A stretch of 64,000 bases of DNA. Origin: Octopus vulgaris. Lineage: Eukaryota. Position numbers and translations under genes: made by a program. The notes under the pieces are model-generated. The model was not told the origin of the DNA. It did no database searches and saw only the letters and a program-made list of their open reading frames with translations. The stretch spans positions 30,132,001-30,196,000 of the forward strand of contig OX597839.1 of assembly GCA_951406725.2 (NCBI GenBank), written 5' to 3'. How positions within the stretch are numbered: position 1 is the stretch's first letter; the number at the start of each line of letters is the position of its first letter. Below, piece by piece: positions 1 through 13,620 of this stretch.

Positions 1-204
1 ATGGTGAATAATCTTGGCCTTCTACCAAGATAGCTGTTAGACATTTGAAACATGTTGATACCCAAAGAAGCAAAAATGTCAAGATGTGATTAGTGATAGA
101 TGGTAGGTATTGGATATTCTGTGTATTGATATTCTGGACAGAATAAGGGTCCTAGACTGGAGGTGCAAGCTGAGTGGACATATCATAGCCATATATAGCT
201 TTAA

Positions 205-430
205 CCCTTTAGCACTCAGATTATTCTGTCAGATGTTCTCTGCTTCTTTATTCCCCCTTGTTTTGAATTAATCACACATTATCTCATAACTTCAAGATTT
301 CAATGATATGTTTGTTTATTATTAGAATGACCTTATAAGGCAAGTGTGAGAGGCCAGATCCAGCCAGTTTGAACATAAAATAATAAGTAGAATATCTGGG
401 TTGGCTATGGCTAGATTAAATGCTAAAGGG
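205..430. mobile_element. piggyBac-like MITE
   Basis: Terminal inverted repeats CCCTTTAGCA...TGCTAAAGGG flanked on both sides by TTAA (201-204, 431-434). Degenerate related copies occur at ~41104-41320, ~54075-54280 and ~60015-60250. Confidence 0.8.
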
Positions 431-968
431 TTAAATAACTGGTGAGGGGCTGATAAAGGTTTTGTGAATCTGTGCTGCTTCCTCTTGCCTCCAACTTCAC
501 CATCGCCCACCCCAAAAATGAATTGATATAACTACACTTCTACCTTCACCCCACCCCTTCCAAAAAATTGATGTCCACTGTTGACCACGCTTACCGTGTT
601 TCACCATTCACTGCATTCACTCATATCTTCTGTCTCTGTCCATCAGCTACTTCCGTTTCACCCTCTTACCTGCCCATTCCCCCACTCCAATCATCTTGAC
701 CATTCCTCTTATATTCACTTTCCTCTAACTTGAAGCAACACCTTGACCCCTTTTCCCCACCATCTTCTCTCCTTTTCCAACCTGGGTAGCCATTTATCTC
801 CTCTACACCAAGCAAGGTACTTGGTGACCTCACTGATGCTTGTGCCACATGGAAAGCACCCACTACAGTCTGTGAAGTGTAGCAAGGGTATTCAACAGGT
901 ACCAAAGTGGACATTAGGGTTTGATGCAGTGTCTATATATAGATTTAATCATGAAGCATTGTCTAATA

Positions 969-1833
969 CATGGTCTGATCAATAAGTATCCGGACTGTTG
1001 CCATAGTAATGAGGCTAAAGCACTCACACAGAGGGAAGCCACTTGGCACAAATTTACCTTGAACTCTGCTGTTAGTGCGCACTAAGTTTTAACATTCTAG
1101 CTCACTTCCACTGTTTACAGCAGTGCTTGGAAGGAAGGTGTGTAGCGTGCGATTGTCGCATTGACCATGACAGAGAAAGTTGAGCAGAGAATCTGCATCA
1201 AATTTTGTCAAAAACTTGGCGATATCTGTGCAAAGTTTTCATCATTCTCAACACAATCAAGGAGATCTTGTACGACCGAAAACCAAGTGTCTTTTTGGTC
1301 AACTGAAAGCAGTTTTGGCACAAACTTGGCAGACATGTGTCTCCTACCCAAATCTTCAAAGATAATGGACTGAACTGAACCGTAACTAATCTGCACATCC
1401 TCTAATAACTCACGGATGGTGAATTCACAATTTCCCCTCACAGCTGCACACACAGCTGCCATGTTTTTCTCAGTTCTGCTGGTTGCGGGTCTTGACAGAA
1501 CATTCATCAATATCAACATATTTTCAGCCATTTTGGAAACGTCTGAACCTCTCGTGCACTTGTGTGCAGCTCATACACTCCTCTCCAAACACTTTCTGCA
1601 ACTTTGCGTAGGCCTCCTAGCAGGTATCACCACGAGAACTTTCTCTGTCATGGTCAATACGACTATCACACGCTACACACCTTCCTTCCAAGCACTGCTG
1701 TAAACAGCAAAATTGAGCTACAATGTTAAAACTTAGTGCAGAGTTCAAGGTTAATCTTTGCCAAGCAGTTTCACTCTGCATGCTTTAGCTTTGTTACTAT
1801 GGTAACAGTCCAGATACTTATTGATCAGACCTC
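969..1833. mobile_element. Rearranged mariner/Tc1 element with two inverted 5' ends
   Basis: Inverted arms of ~220 bp (GGTCTGATCAATAAGTATC... / ...GATACTTATTGATCAGACC). The + strand carries a transposase start (MTEKVEQRICIKFCQKLG). The - strand carries an HTH/linker fragment (RPATSRTEKN...TIREL...SAKFVPKLL). Confidence 0.8.
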
Positions 1834-1850
1834 TCTCTCTCTCTCACTAT

Positions 1851-1882
<32 letters not shown>

Positions 1883-2139
1883 GAATGGTTTTAATTATTT
1901 TAAAAAATATAAAATGGAAACAATGCAAGTTACAAGAAAATTAATAATCCAAGTTGATGGTTTATACTTTCACCTTGTACTTTAGTGTTTCAGGGTTAGG
2001 ACCCCTTCTTTAGGAAAAGGTGGCTTTTACCTTTACTGTCAACAGAGGGCTTCTCTCTGAAAGTCACGGGCAGATTGTATGATGCTGAGTGAGCTGCTGC
2101 ACACTTGTCAAATATGGACTTTACAATGTGTAAAACATT

Positions 2140-2470
2140 CAAAAAGTCAATGTCTCCCATGCTAGTGTGCATGAACAGCCAAGTGTAGAAGAACCAAGAG
2201 ACAAACTGGGTATAAAGCTATTCAAGTGAAGAGACTCCAGTGTTATGGCTATGTAATAGGGATGGAGGATGTCAGCTGCATAAACAATGGCTGAACATTG
2301 AAAGCAAATGGTGCCTGCGGAAGAGAGAAACTGGAGAAGACTTAGGATGAAGTGATAAAAAAACTGAGCTCTGGTTGTTACTTGTGACGAAGGAAATGAC
2401 AGAAAACTGTGCTGACCGGTGACGTGTGGTGTTGCAGAAGTCCCAACCGCTTGTGCAAGCTTGGTGAGAT
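2140..2470 (+). mobile_element. Highly degenerate RTE LINE 3' coding fragment
   Basis: Recognisable similarity by eye to the C-terminal region of the RTE copy at 30730-31050. Confidence 0.45.
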
Positions 2471-4034
2471 ATTCGTTAAAATAATGGGATGATGCATGTA
2501 ACCCCTCATGCCTAATGTCCATTCTCTACACCCTCACATCTTCATGTTTACTGTATCTGTTCTGACACCCTTTCATCTTTGCATCATCTCCTATGCCAAT
2601 TGCTGTACCATGCCATCTTTAAATGAGAGGAAAGCACTTGTGATGCCTGAGTGGGAAGGTGTTGCATTCTGGCAGCCTTTCACCCACCCTAAGCAACTTG
2701 CCTTCACCATACACTGTTGCTGCTCATCATCATCATCATCTTATCTCTTCTGATGCACCATTCTCCCCTCCTATACCTAACATGGAGGTAGCACTGCATC
2801 CCCACCTGTTCAGTCTATCCTACTGTCTGCATCACCTCCCCCGCCCCGCTAACCTCCTGTTACCCCCTTCCCCAACACTGTTTCAGTTAATCTTCTCCCT
2901 ACTGAACCCTCTCTACAATGAAATCTATTTAATTCCTGTAAGAACTAACTCAAATCCCTCACTGTGCCCCATTGCTCATCACACCCCATCACCCATATCA
3001 CTTTGTCCTACCTCTCTTTCACTAACCCTTAACATTAGCTTACTCCTTTTTCTTTTCTCTCTCTCTCCTTCTTCTATTCCCCTCACTAAGCACTTACTCT
3101 CTGTTACTCTCTCCACCACTATCCTCTTCACAAGAAACCCATTTTGCCAAATGGTCACCACTTTTAGTAGTCTGTAAGTATGTCTGGTAGTTGGGTGTGT
3201 GATGTTTAGCCAAATTAAATCTTCTGGTATGGTTGGTTGGTTGGTTGGTCCAAAATGAAACAACATAGAGGTGACTGCAGTGCTAGTAGTGTGCACGAGA
3301 ATGCTTCCAAGAAGGCGACATTGTTTGTTCAGTCCACTGGCTCATCAAAAGAACTTGCTGAATAGCCAGCATTGACATGAGTGAAAGAACTATATGCCAA
3401 AGCGAAGGAAGGAAAACTCTCCAGTGAGAAATGGCAACTGTCGTGCTTTATACAAATGCCAAATCAGAAGCAAAAGGAAATGTTCCATTCTAACCAATCA
3501 CAGAGAATCACACAAAGTCGACTGAGCCAACTTTGAAATGGAGTAAATGTATATTTGCATATAAGCCAATATGAAACGCAGAGCGGCTACACCCGTGTCT
3601 TCCATCATACTTTCAGCTTTTAATCTTTCAGTCATGAGGGCTCTCAGTTTGCAAGCCTGAATGTGACCCTGCTAGTGTTGGTACCATCAAAAAAAGCTTC
3701 CAATTCACTGTAAGTGGTTGGTAAACTGAACTAAGCAGCAATACTGTAGGTCTTACTGTGTCATGGTTATGGTTAGGAAGGGCATCCATTCACAGAAACA
3801 ATGTTAAAAGTGAGATACTGGGGCAAGAGGTGCTCCCCTGACCCATAAGTCCTTTCCTGTTGAACTGTGAGGCTCATACCAGCATGGAAAATGGATGTAA
3901 ACTGTTGAGGTTGATATTGATTCTGTGTGTGAATGTTTATGCAATCTGTTATGGGCTACAGCCATAAACATTGGAGTCACTATTAGCATCTCAGCTGCAA
4001 ACAGTGAGCTCACTGCTGTTGCCAACGATGACAA

Positions 4035-4074
<40 letters not shown>

Positions 4075-4115
4075 CACACACACACACATAAAATGCTTCT
4101 CTTTTATCCTTGTAG

Positions 4116-4219
4116 GTTCAGGACCAAAATATGTTAAACGAAGGAAACCTACCCTTAAGGTCCGAAAGACTTGGCGTCCCAGCCGTGTTGGCAGGATGTC
4201 TTATAATATTCCATCGAGG
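4116..4219 (+). CDS. ph: Polyhomeotic-like protein, internal coding exon (basic region)
   Basis: Acceptor ttttatccttgtag and donor gtaag. Encodes (G)SGPKYVKRRKPTLKVRKTWRPSRVGRMSYNIPSR and ends in phase 0, compatible with the exon at 10255. Assignment to ph is by context. Confidence 0.65.
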
Positions 4220-4327
4220 GTAAGATTTTGTTTTCTATTTTAATTTATTTGTGGTTTAGAACTATAGAATGCTATATGCAAAGTTTGTGTGTGTGTGTGT
4301 GTATGTTTGTGTGTTGTGTGTGTTCAT

Positions 4328-4358
<31 letters not shown>

Positions 4359-5470
4359 TGTGTGTGTTGGTTAGGTTTGTTATTTTCTGTCAAATCTGTT
4401 GTATAAAATGATAGAAACATGTATTTACAGAAATATTTAACTTTTTTCCAGCCCTTCCAAAGAATAAGAAACACTATGTCAAACAATACAAGGCGAGATG
4501 GTGTTAGAGATAGGGTACTGTTCAAATCTTGTCCTGTCTTTTCTTCTTTTTTTCTTTCTTTAGGACCAAAAGTTTTTTACTGTTTCTTGTTGTCTTCTCT
4601 CAAACTATTGTTGTTGTTGTTGTGGTTGTGTTTCTGTTGTGAAGGTTTGTGTTTGTTGTGTAGTCTTGCAAACTTTTGTTGTTTTTATTTTTGTCATGTT
4701 TTTATTGTTTTTATATGGCAAGGGTGAGGGACATTTTTTTTTCAAAAGTTAGACATTTGCTTATTTTGTTAAGTTTTTCAACAGCTGGATGTTTTCCCCT
4801 TCCTATTGACACAAAATCTGTCCAAGCGTTTCATTGTTATATATCCACACACACACACACTAACTATAAGGAGTAGTTACTCGATTGGTCTGGAAAAAAT
4901 CATGTTTAAAGATTTGTCTTTTACCTGCTTTGGCATCACAAAATTAGAGGTAATCATTGACTTTTAGAAATCTTGTTCAGCCTTAGGAAATATCTTCGTT
5001 ACTGCTAATTAGTAAACTGTGAAGTGTTTATGGAATTTAGTATCAACCCCCAGAGATGAGCATAACTGAAGCCAAGTGGGATGAGAAGCTTACTTTGCTT
5101 TTTGAAGAAGCTATTTTGTTGGTGCAGCAAAGTTTAAGCCTGTGAATAGTTAGTAGTGGAGCAGAGTTTTGTTCCATGAGTTAGTAAACCAATACTATTA
5201 TCAACTTGGTTATTTTACTGATCAAAATATTCAACTTTGGAAATAAAAGTTACAACAAAAGTAAATATAAATTTTCAAGAAACATCTCGCTTTTCATAGA
5301 GAAATTAACGTAAATCAGTGTAGTGTAATAATTATTAGATGAAGATTTGAAAACATCACCATGTGACCAACTGCCTTGGCCCTTATCATCAGAGATGTCC
5401 TTATTTTTAACTTTAAGGCATGAATTGATGCAAAAAGCTAGACAACACTGATTCGGTAGCTAGTGTTTAA

Positions 5471-5686
5471 CCCTTTTGATACCACTCCAACTGAATCTGG
5501 CTCTGTCGTACAAATGTCATGTTTTCAAAAGTTTTGAATTAAAATCTTCCACCAAACCTTAGTCACAATTTATGTTCCTAATGCTAGCTTAATGATAACT
5601 AGGTTATTTTACTAAATTCTTTGTTATATTTTAAATTAATTGAAAAAAACACAGAGCATCTCAACAGAAATATGGTAACAAAAGGG
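5471..5686. mobile_element. piggyBac-like MITE (second family)
   Basis: TIRs CCCTTTTGATACCA / TGGTAACAAAAGGG (13/14 match) with TTAA on both flanks. Confidence 0.8.
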
Positions 5687-7556
5687 TTAATTTAATTCAC
5701 TTTGAAGTAGGAATGGTTGTATTGAAGTGAATGTATTTTAACTTTTCACTTTCCATTTCGGATAGAATAATTGCTTTTCGGGGTATGAGATGTGGACATA
5801 GATAAGTAAAGGGTAGGCATTTGGCCTTGTGATCCTTTTAATGTTTGAATTTCAATTTGCTTTCATGTGTCTATCATTATCACCTGACAATAATTCACCT
5901 CAATCTGCTCCCTACCATGTTAAAATGAATCCTGCTGCTTTCCATATTTTATGAATCAAAGAGCAGCTGTCAACTCTGATGATTTATCTCTCTTTAATAT
6001 CTCAGTTCAGTTTCTTCATGATTCTAGGTTCAGGTTGTACTGATGATGGTTGTGTGGATGTGAGCTTATCTTTTGTTTACAAAGCTTATCTGAAAGATGA
6101 CAAATTTAAGACAAAAACAGTCTTAATATTTACTCTCTTGTTTAATGAGGCACATTTAGTGTTGATGTATGACACACATGTGCCTCTAGTTTATGACAAT
6201 GTTGAAATGTGACCAAATTTAAACTAATTATTAATAATAAAAAGCACAATCTCTGCAAAAGCATGTTTTCATTCCAGGAAATTAATTTGCACACTCCAAA
6301 AAGCTGTTCTTTGTATTGATGAACTGCAAAACGGATTAGAGACAAATGATTCCATTCTACAAGAAACTTAGTGGTGGCAAAGAATAAACGGTTCCTCTAG
6401 GTTTACAGAAATATAATTGAAAATAACATGCATTTATATTCTTGGACAAAAGCAATTTGAAATTTGATTAGCTTTGAAAAGCAAAGAAGTAAAGAAGTCC
6501 TTATTTACAATAAGCAAAACTCAGTTTTTTTATTTGTGGGTTTTAAAAAAAATAATTGCACTAACCAGACTTAAAATTCAACAAAAAATATAACAATGAT
6601 ACGGATGGGGAGGAGGAGAGAATTGATACTAGATGTGTGATATCATAGTTATTGTAAGAAAAAAGAAAACACTGCTCAAAGAAGTGAAATGATGGTTTGT
6701 ATGTATTGGATGATGAAAAGCATTCCACTTTAGAGAAGAAATGTTTTTTGAGTGGCTCTTAAAAAGATATTATCTTTATGAGGGGATGGTTATGGCTGGC
6801 TTGTCAGAGTTGAACTGTCTAACACTGAGAGAGATCAAATCTTAGGAGTGTGAAAATGAATTGTTGCATGATGGTGAGGGGACTAATTAGGAAAATAATC
6901 TGCCACTTCTTAACATACGGGAAACAAAACCTTTCACAGAGAAAAGCAACAAAGTGGACTACAGCACTTTTCTTCTCTCCAGTTTTCTAAGAAATGTTGT
7001 CTTTTTGTAGAATTGAATTGGCCCAAAAGTCCTTCTGCAGATGATCTTCTGACTCTGGGCTGGTCATAAATGCTGCCATTGGTTGGTCAAAAACTGTAGT
7101 AGTAAGGCTTTCTCATAAAGGCTTGTAGTGGCTGCATCAATAATAATGTTGATATTTGTTTATGATGGCAACACTTATAATGCTGCAAATGTGCTCGTGG
7201 TCCTGTATATGGAGGTGGGGGTAAACTTTAGGACAGGGGTGACTTCTATCTTTGAATGAATAGTTATGAAGAATAACAACTTTGGGGTTACTTTAGAATG
7301 CATCATCATTACTTCCATCAATGGTGTATTGTATCAATATTTTTTTTTATGTGGTTAGTGAATCTTTTCAGATTTTAATACTGAAATTTCTTTTAATTTC
7401 AATTCTTTTTTTAGTATTTTACAATGTATTGATGCAGACATTTGCTAATTTTTCTTCTTGTTCTTATTGATATTGTTGCTTAGTATTATATTAAAAAACA
7501 AAAACCCTGTTTGTGTCACAGTACTGTTAGCAATAACTAATTTAGGTCTCCTATTC

Positions 7557-7770
7557 ATTCAGGTTCCAGATCTCTCTCTACATTCTGGCCCCAAGTCTCC
7601 CTCTACATTCAAGTCCCAGGTCTCCCTCTGCATTCAGGTCTCAGGTCTCTCTCTGCATTCAGATCCCGGGTCTCCCTCTATTCATTCAGATCCCAGGTCT
7701 CCCTCTGCATCCAGTTCCCAGGTCTCCTTCTGCATTGAGGTCCCAGGTCTCCCTCTGCTTTCAGGTCCTA
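7557..7770. repeat. Minisatellite, ~25-bp unit (CATTCAGGTCCCAGGTCTCCCTCTG), about 8 copies
   Basis: Degenerate tandem units are directly visible. Confidence 0.85.
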
Positions 7771-8647
7771 GCTCTGAACTTTGGACACAAGTATCATATA
7801 CTCCATCTTTCATTCTGTGGGAGAGGCCCTTGTTTCCAGCAGAGATAGGCATTCCCTGAATATTTTCCACCCTGTTCTTACCCTGGTTTCTGCTTTCACA
7901 GCACCCTGCACTGCTCACAATTCGGTCACGTTTCTAACAGAAACAATTGACCTCTAGGAAACCTCCTGAGTAATTGAGAAGCTCTGTTTCCTCAATAAAC
8001 ACTCTGCTTAATGCTCTTCCACACCTGGCACATAGCATATAAAAGCTTAAAGCTCTTCACACTTTGCACGTATGAAGCCTAGTTTTGCTGTTAACCTGTC
8101 TGTGTTTGCACTACATTACTTGTGTGTCCATTGTTTACACTGGGCATGGCCATTTCCCTAATGGCATCAAAGTCTTGTAAGTCTCTTCAATTCCAAATTT
8201 TACTTCCATATCTGGAATTTCTCTTCCAAATCTTCCTCAAATCCTGCTGTAAGGTCATCACTATACAGGAGTTCCCATGGACACCTAGTCTTAAACTCCT
8301 CTGTATAGCTTTGAGAATTATAATAAACAAGAGAACTGAAGACCAAACACTGTTGCACTTCACCAGCAAGCTAAATTCATCATTGCATGCATTTATATTG
8401 CATAGATATTTGAAAATGATGAGTAACCAGTCCTGATATCAATAAACCATATTAACATCATCACTGCTTCACTCAAAATGTGACAAGTGCAATAGAAACT
8501 CACACAAACACAACCACATTGTTCTGGGTTTGTTTCCATTGTGTGGACTCTGGTGGTGTCTTCTTCTGTAGCTACAGATTGACCAATGGCTTGGAAGTGA
8601 AAATTAGTTAATGGAAGCTGGAAGAAAGTCATCATATGCACATAAAG

Positions 8648-8684
<37 letters not shown>

Positions 8685-10254
8685 CCTCATTATTGTACAT
8701 CCACTTTCTATGTTTGCATGGGTTGGACAGGTTGACCAATCCAAGAAAATAGGGCAATGACAGAAGGTAACATAGATCCAGTAGATAGACGGATGACTGA
8801 AACCCAGGCTGTTTAAGAGAAAAAGAGCCAAGTTTATGTGGCTGACAGAGTGAAATAAAATGATGACAGGCAGAAGAGGAAGGGAAGCTGACATAGCGGG
8901 TACTTAACACAACTGGTAAACTTGGAAATGGTTCCATACTCTGTTGTGGTGGCCACTAAGGAAACTGAGTAGATGAATGGTTAGTGAACTCTATACAAGT
9001 TAAATACAGAAATGCAATCAGCAAAGTGAGAGTTAATCCCTTACCTGTAAAACAGGAGGATTGGTAATATTAAATGAACAAATGAACCTTTATTTGCTTT
9101 TCCTTTTCTGGAACATCTTACAAACAAATCCATGGGATCACAATGTTGACCATGGGGTCCAGTTATGTAAATCCCTTTGTGGGCCACTTAGAGAAGCAAA
9201 CCTTCGCCCAGTCTACAGGACCAATCCCAGAGCTGCACCTGTGTCAATGCAACCATCCTCATCAGACAGATAGGTTCATCTCTATTATTAACTTTATTCA
9301 CCCTGTTTTAGAATGTATGTCTACCATATATGCAACACCTCTATTAGTTTTCTCAGTGTCTCCATAACTATCAGTGATATCCATCCATTCACCTCTGTCT
9401 ACTACAAACTTACTGATCCACGTTCCTTCCTCCACTATTCTTCTTCTGACTCCAAATGCACTTAATCTGCCATTCATCAGTTCCTTTCATTTTGCAAATG
9501 TCTACAGGATTGATTTGAGATTTGTATCCCAGTGTGGAGAGAATGCAACATATCTTTCTGAATTGAGATTCCTCTCGATTAGTTGTGGACCTTGCCCTCT
9601 GCCAAGCCCACAACATCAACTCCCTCCACTGCTTTCTCTTTTCAGTCACCTAATGACCAAATTCCATTCTTCCTCACCTTCCACCCGTCTATTCTCTTCC
9701 CATTCAAAAACCAATCTACAATTTCTGAATCTTATTCTGTGAAGAAATTGATTCAGATTACGAAAGTTAAAAGCTCTCTAACGATGGCACTGAATTGTCA
9801 AAGGGAAGAATTAGACAGCAAAGAACGCAACCCTTGATAACATTGTTATAAAAATATCAACCTAATAGAATCAGCCATATTTTGTTATTTTATTATAGAC
9901 AATTCCAAATAATTTTGTTTAAAGAATTTTTTTCAATAAGTACAGGGTGTTCTTGGCTTGTTGTATTGTAAATAAGTGTACTTTTTTTTTTTCAATAATT
10001 AAATGAATTTATCTGCATAAAAATTGTTTTATTTTCCTCTGATAGAATTTTTTTATAACTAAAATAATAAAAAAAGGTGGAACACAATGATTTTGTACAT
10101 TGAAGCAAAAGTACATACACACACACACATCTCTCTATATATATCTGTTCTTTAAATGTAGATACATATTTGTGTATTATGTTTGAATGTGTATATGTAT
10201 ATCATTCTACACAGTTATGTAAAAAAATGACATAAGTGTCTGTTTGTTGTTCAG

Positions 10255-10383
10255 CTTCCAGCTGAAGAGCATAGCAGTTCTCACAGCAGTCACGAAAGCA
10301 GCAGCTCCCCCACATCACCAGCACAACCGACAGATTATGATGTTGGAATGGATTCATCCACCTCACATCCAGCGAAATGGACT
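10255..10383 (+). CDS. ph: Polyhomeotic-like protein, penultimate coding exon (Ser-rich linker and SAM start)
   Basis: Acceptor tttgttgttcag and donor gtaagt. 43 codons LPAEEHSSSHSSHESSSSPTSPAQPTDYDVGMDSSTSHPAKWT, splicing in frame to give the SAM motif PAKWT|VQKVFDFI. Confidence 0.9.
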
Positions 10384-11136
10384 GTAAGTTAATGCTACTA
10401 TTGCTCTATCTTTTATAAATCCAGTGGCTATTAGGATAAGGATTTCTATCTTTGGCACAAGGTTCCATTAAATGATCCAGTATGGATATTTCTTTCGTTA
10501 CTGCCAGGAAAATGGAAGGCAGTCTACTTTGTCAGGATTTTGAAACAGAATGGAAAAGGATATCAGTTCAAAACCCCCTTACAATGAGTGCTAACCCCTT
10601 CTCTCTCCCAACTCTGACATTCACTTTCATATTATTAAAAATAATAAAATAGTTCATAATGCATTAGAAATGAATTTCATATTCAAACCCTATAAAAGGA
10701 AATATTTATAGAAATAATCCGCTTAACAATAATTAGAATTTAAACCAATTGAAGCTGGAAAAAAAAACTTATAAGAGGGGGGTTTCATTTTTCAGAAAAA
10801 TTTATATTGTAATAACTAATTTAAATATTATTTTCATCATCTAACCACAATGACTACAAGAAGTCGGAACACTTTCCAACTGTACCAAACAGTATGTATG
10901 TTCTGATATCGTAAATCTGCAAAAAAACCACACTTCTGCCCCCCCCCTCTCTCTTTCTTTCTTTCTTTCTTGCTTTGGTTTTTACATCTCTGCAATATTC
11001 TGTCAGGTAAGTCTTGGCTCCTGTCATCCACCCCCAACTATGTGTTGTATCCTGAGAATCAACAACCTTCATTTCCCCCCTTCAACAGTGATTCTACAGA
11101 TGGCATCTGCTGGGCAAGTTGGTACTTGACCCCTAT

Positions 11137-11236
11137 CTTCAGATTGTGAGGCCGAAGTTGTTGCAGGCAGTGGAAACACAGGTCATGCTCTGCTGCATCT
11201 GGGCCTCTGTGGTGGTGATGAGTGTATAGTCATCCA
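11137..11236 (-). mobile_element. RTE (BovB/RTE-1-like) reverse transcriptase fragment
   Basis: DDYTLITTTEAQMQQSMTCVSTACNNFGLTI resembles the RTE motif (F/Y)ADD...EADMQ...ACDNFGLTI. It is a different family from the main RTE in this window. Confidence 0.6.
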
Positions 11237-11740
11237 TGAATGGTAAGTTGCACTCTGAATCCTCTTCCACTTTGAACAGGATTGCAGGGCCACAAAGAAG
11301 ATGTGAACTACACAAATGCAGAGCCAACTTCTTGCTTTCCAACAAGCCACCAGTTCCCCTCCAACCTGTGGCATGGTGTGACTGGACACACCATGCCACA
11401 TCTTCTCCCATGGGATATCTTTAGTCATCACTGACAATGATAGGACAAACTAATCTTGACAGTACTGTCTCTCCTACACAGTCCAGTGAAACATAAAAAG
11501 AACTGCATCAGCATCATTCGCTCCAAATACGCCAATTGATGTAGAAGCAAAGCAGTTATGGTGTCCATCTTGCTCATTTCTAGCTTGGTCATCACACACT
11601 TCACCACCACAACTAACAGAACACTCATCCGGTCTTCTTATTCCATTTTCTTAATCACTGTGTATATGGTTTTGATTTTGGCACAAGGCCAGCAGTTTGG
11701 GTGGAGGGCTAGTTGATTATGTCTATCTCCAGTGCTCAAT

Positions 11741-12060
11741 CATCATCATCATTTAACATCCATTTTCCATGCTGGCATGGGTTGGGCAGTTTGACTGAGG
11801 GCTGGCAAGCCAGAAGGCTATTTGGGTTCCATTTCTGTTTTGGCCTGGTTTCTACAGCTGGACGAGGCCCTTCCTAATGCCAACCACCTTACAGTGTGGC
11901 ACTGCCACAGGTGCTTTTTATGTGGCACCTACAAGCCCACAAGATTCGGATCACTCAGCTGAAGAGGGATGTAGGGGACATGCTTGTATGCAAGAGAGGA
12001 TCATGATTTTACTCAGTTTGGTGGGTCTTTTCAAGCACAGCAAACCACCAGAAGCCTCAG
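11741..12060 (-). mobile_element. RTE 3'-end fragment with (GAT)n tail
   Basis: (CAT)n followed by TTTAACATCCATTTTCCATGCTGGCATGGGTTGG, the same 3' end as 22228. Similar short ends occur at ~3650-3910(+), 13155-13287(+), 13790-14010(-), 40340-40390(+) and 50282-50580(+). Confidence 0.75.
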
Positions 12061-13329
12061 TGGAATTTGAACTATTAACATAAAGACAGATGAAATATGC
12101 TAAGCGTTTTGCCCAACATACTAACAATTCTGCCAGTTGACTGCTTTATGTGCATAATATGATCATCAGTGAAGTGAGAATCTAATGTATCTGGAACAGT
12201 AGATCGACAGGTTAGCTTACCTTGGTTCTCATTGATTTCTTCAATTACAACTAATTTGAGGCTGTTCAACAACTACAGAAAATAGTTTTTGTAATATTTT
12301 GTTATTTTCAATTTCTTTAATGAAATGACCAAAGATAAATACAAAGTTATTTTATTTGATTGACAAAAGTTTTACATTACAGAACTCTAGTTTATGAAAT
12401 GAATTGTTGGTACGAAAGTTTGTCCTTGGGATCATTGGCAATGTTTAATGACCATATTTCTGTGGTGACATCTGCTGTACAGCATGTCTTCAACCTTTTC
12501 AGTGTTTCATCGTCTCTTTTCAGAGAAGTCCATGTGTGTGTATTCGCTTTCATTTGTAGATCATAACACAGTAGAGATAACTGAGAATGACCAAGGATTC
12601 TTGGTTGAGAATAAAAGTTTAGGAGTTCAATCTCAGCCTTAACACTTATTAATGAATGGTGATGAAACCATTTTAAACAATTTTACAAAAATTATCTACA
12701 TTACCAGCTCTTAATTTTATTTGGAATGAAGCTCAAACTAAGAACTTTTTTTTTAATTTTCCATTTTCTTCACTAATCAATTGGAAAATAAATTAATGCA
12801 AGAGAGAAAGCATGATCTTTGATAGCTATGGTAACAACTTGAGACAGTTTTGTTGTGAACTTAAAGAACATATAGGTGAGGATGTTGTGAATAAGAAATA
12901 ATTTTTAATTTATTATAATTGTATTGAGGAAAAAATTTATTACAATTAAATCAATTAAAATTTCAAGAGTTCTCTCTCCTTTCCTCTTCTGAAAATAACT
13001 TTCATTAACACTGATTTATTTATTTTTTTATTATAATCTCAATTGATTTAACAGTTACTTTCAACTCACAATGTCAAGTATGGCATCCTCCGCTTAACTA
13101 TATGTTCTTCATGCAGAAGGCAACCGTGAGAGATTTCTCAATATGTGTGTGTTGACATTAAGAAGGGCATCCAGCCATAGGAAACCATGCCAAATCAGAC
13201 TGGAGTCTGGTGCAGCATGCCAGCCCAGTCAAACCATCCAACCCATGCCAGCATTGACAATGGATGTTAAATGATGATGATGATGATAGCCTTTCTAAGT
13301 TTGGTGGATTGATGTTGTTAATCTCAGTT

Positions 13330-13620
13330 GTATCTTCTCATGTGCCGTGTGATTAGCTTACTTATTGGATTATAAGGATATGCATAAACAATACCTATTA
13401 TTGAGTAAACCCTTGTATATATCTTGTCTATGTTGGTAAAATATGGATGTAGGTTCCCTTTGTTATGTTCAGTAAATCTTTCTTTGATATTCTGAGCCCT
13501 CTTCCCTTTATAATATCCAGGGAGGTTTGTGCAGAGCATGTTTCTTCCTGACACTTTTATCGCATACTATATTTCTTCATTTGGGTCTGTGGCACACATT
13601 TGCTCATTCTTTTTATAGCT
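13330..13620 (-). mobile_element. Possible degenerate Penelope GIY-YIG endonuclease fragment
   Basis: VYAIKV...C...YYKGKRAQNIKERFTEH resembles GIY..YIG..R..EH. Weak match. Confidence 0.35.

Noticed and set aside
5979-6212. Possible additional ph exon near 6028
   Set aside because: No recognisable PHC similarity or convincing donor. The flanking exons already join in phase without it.
9200-9275. CTGATGA on the minus strand as a hammerhead core (also + strand hits at ~6040, ~30115, ~34723, ~62617)
   Set aside because: There is no correctly placed GAAA or helices, and some hits are simply codons in RT or transposase.
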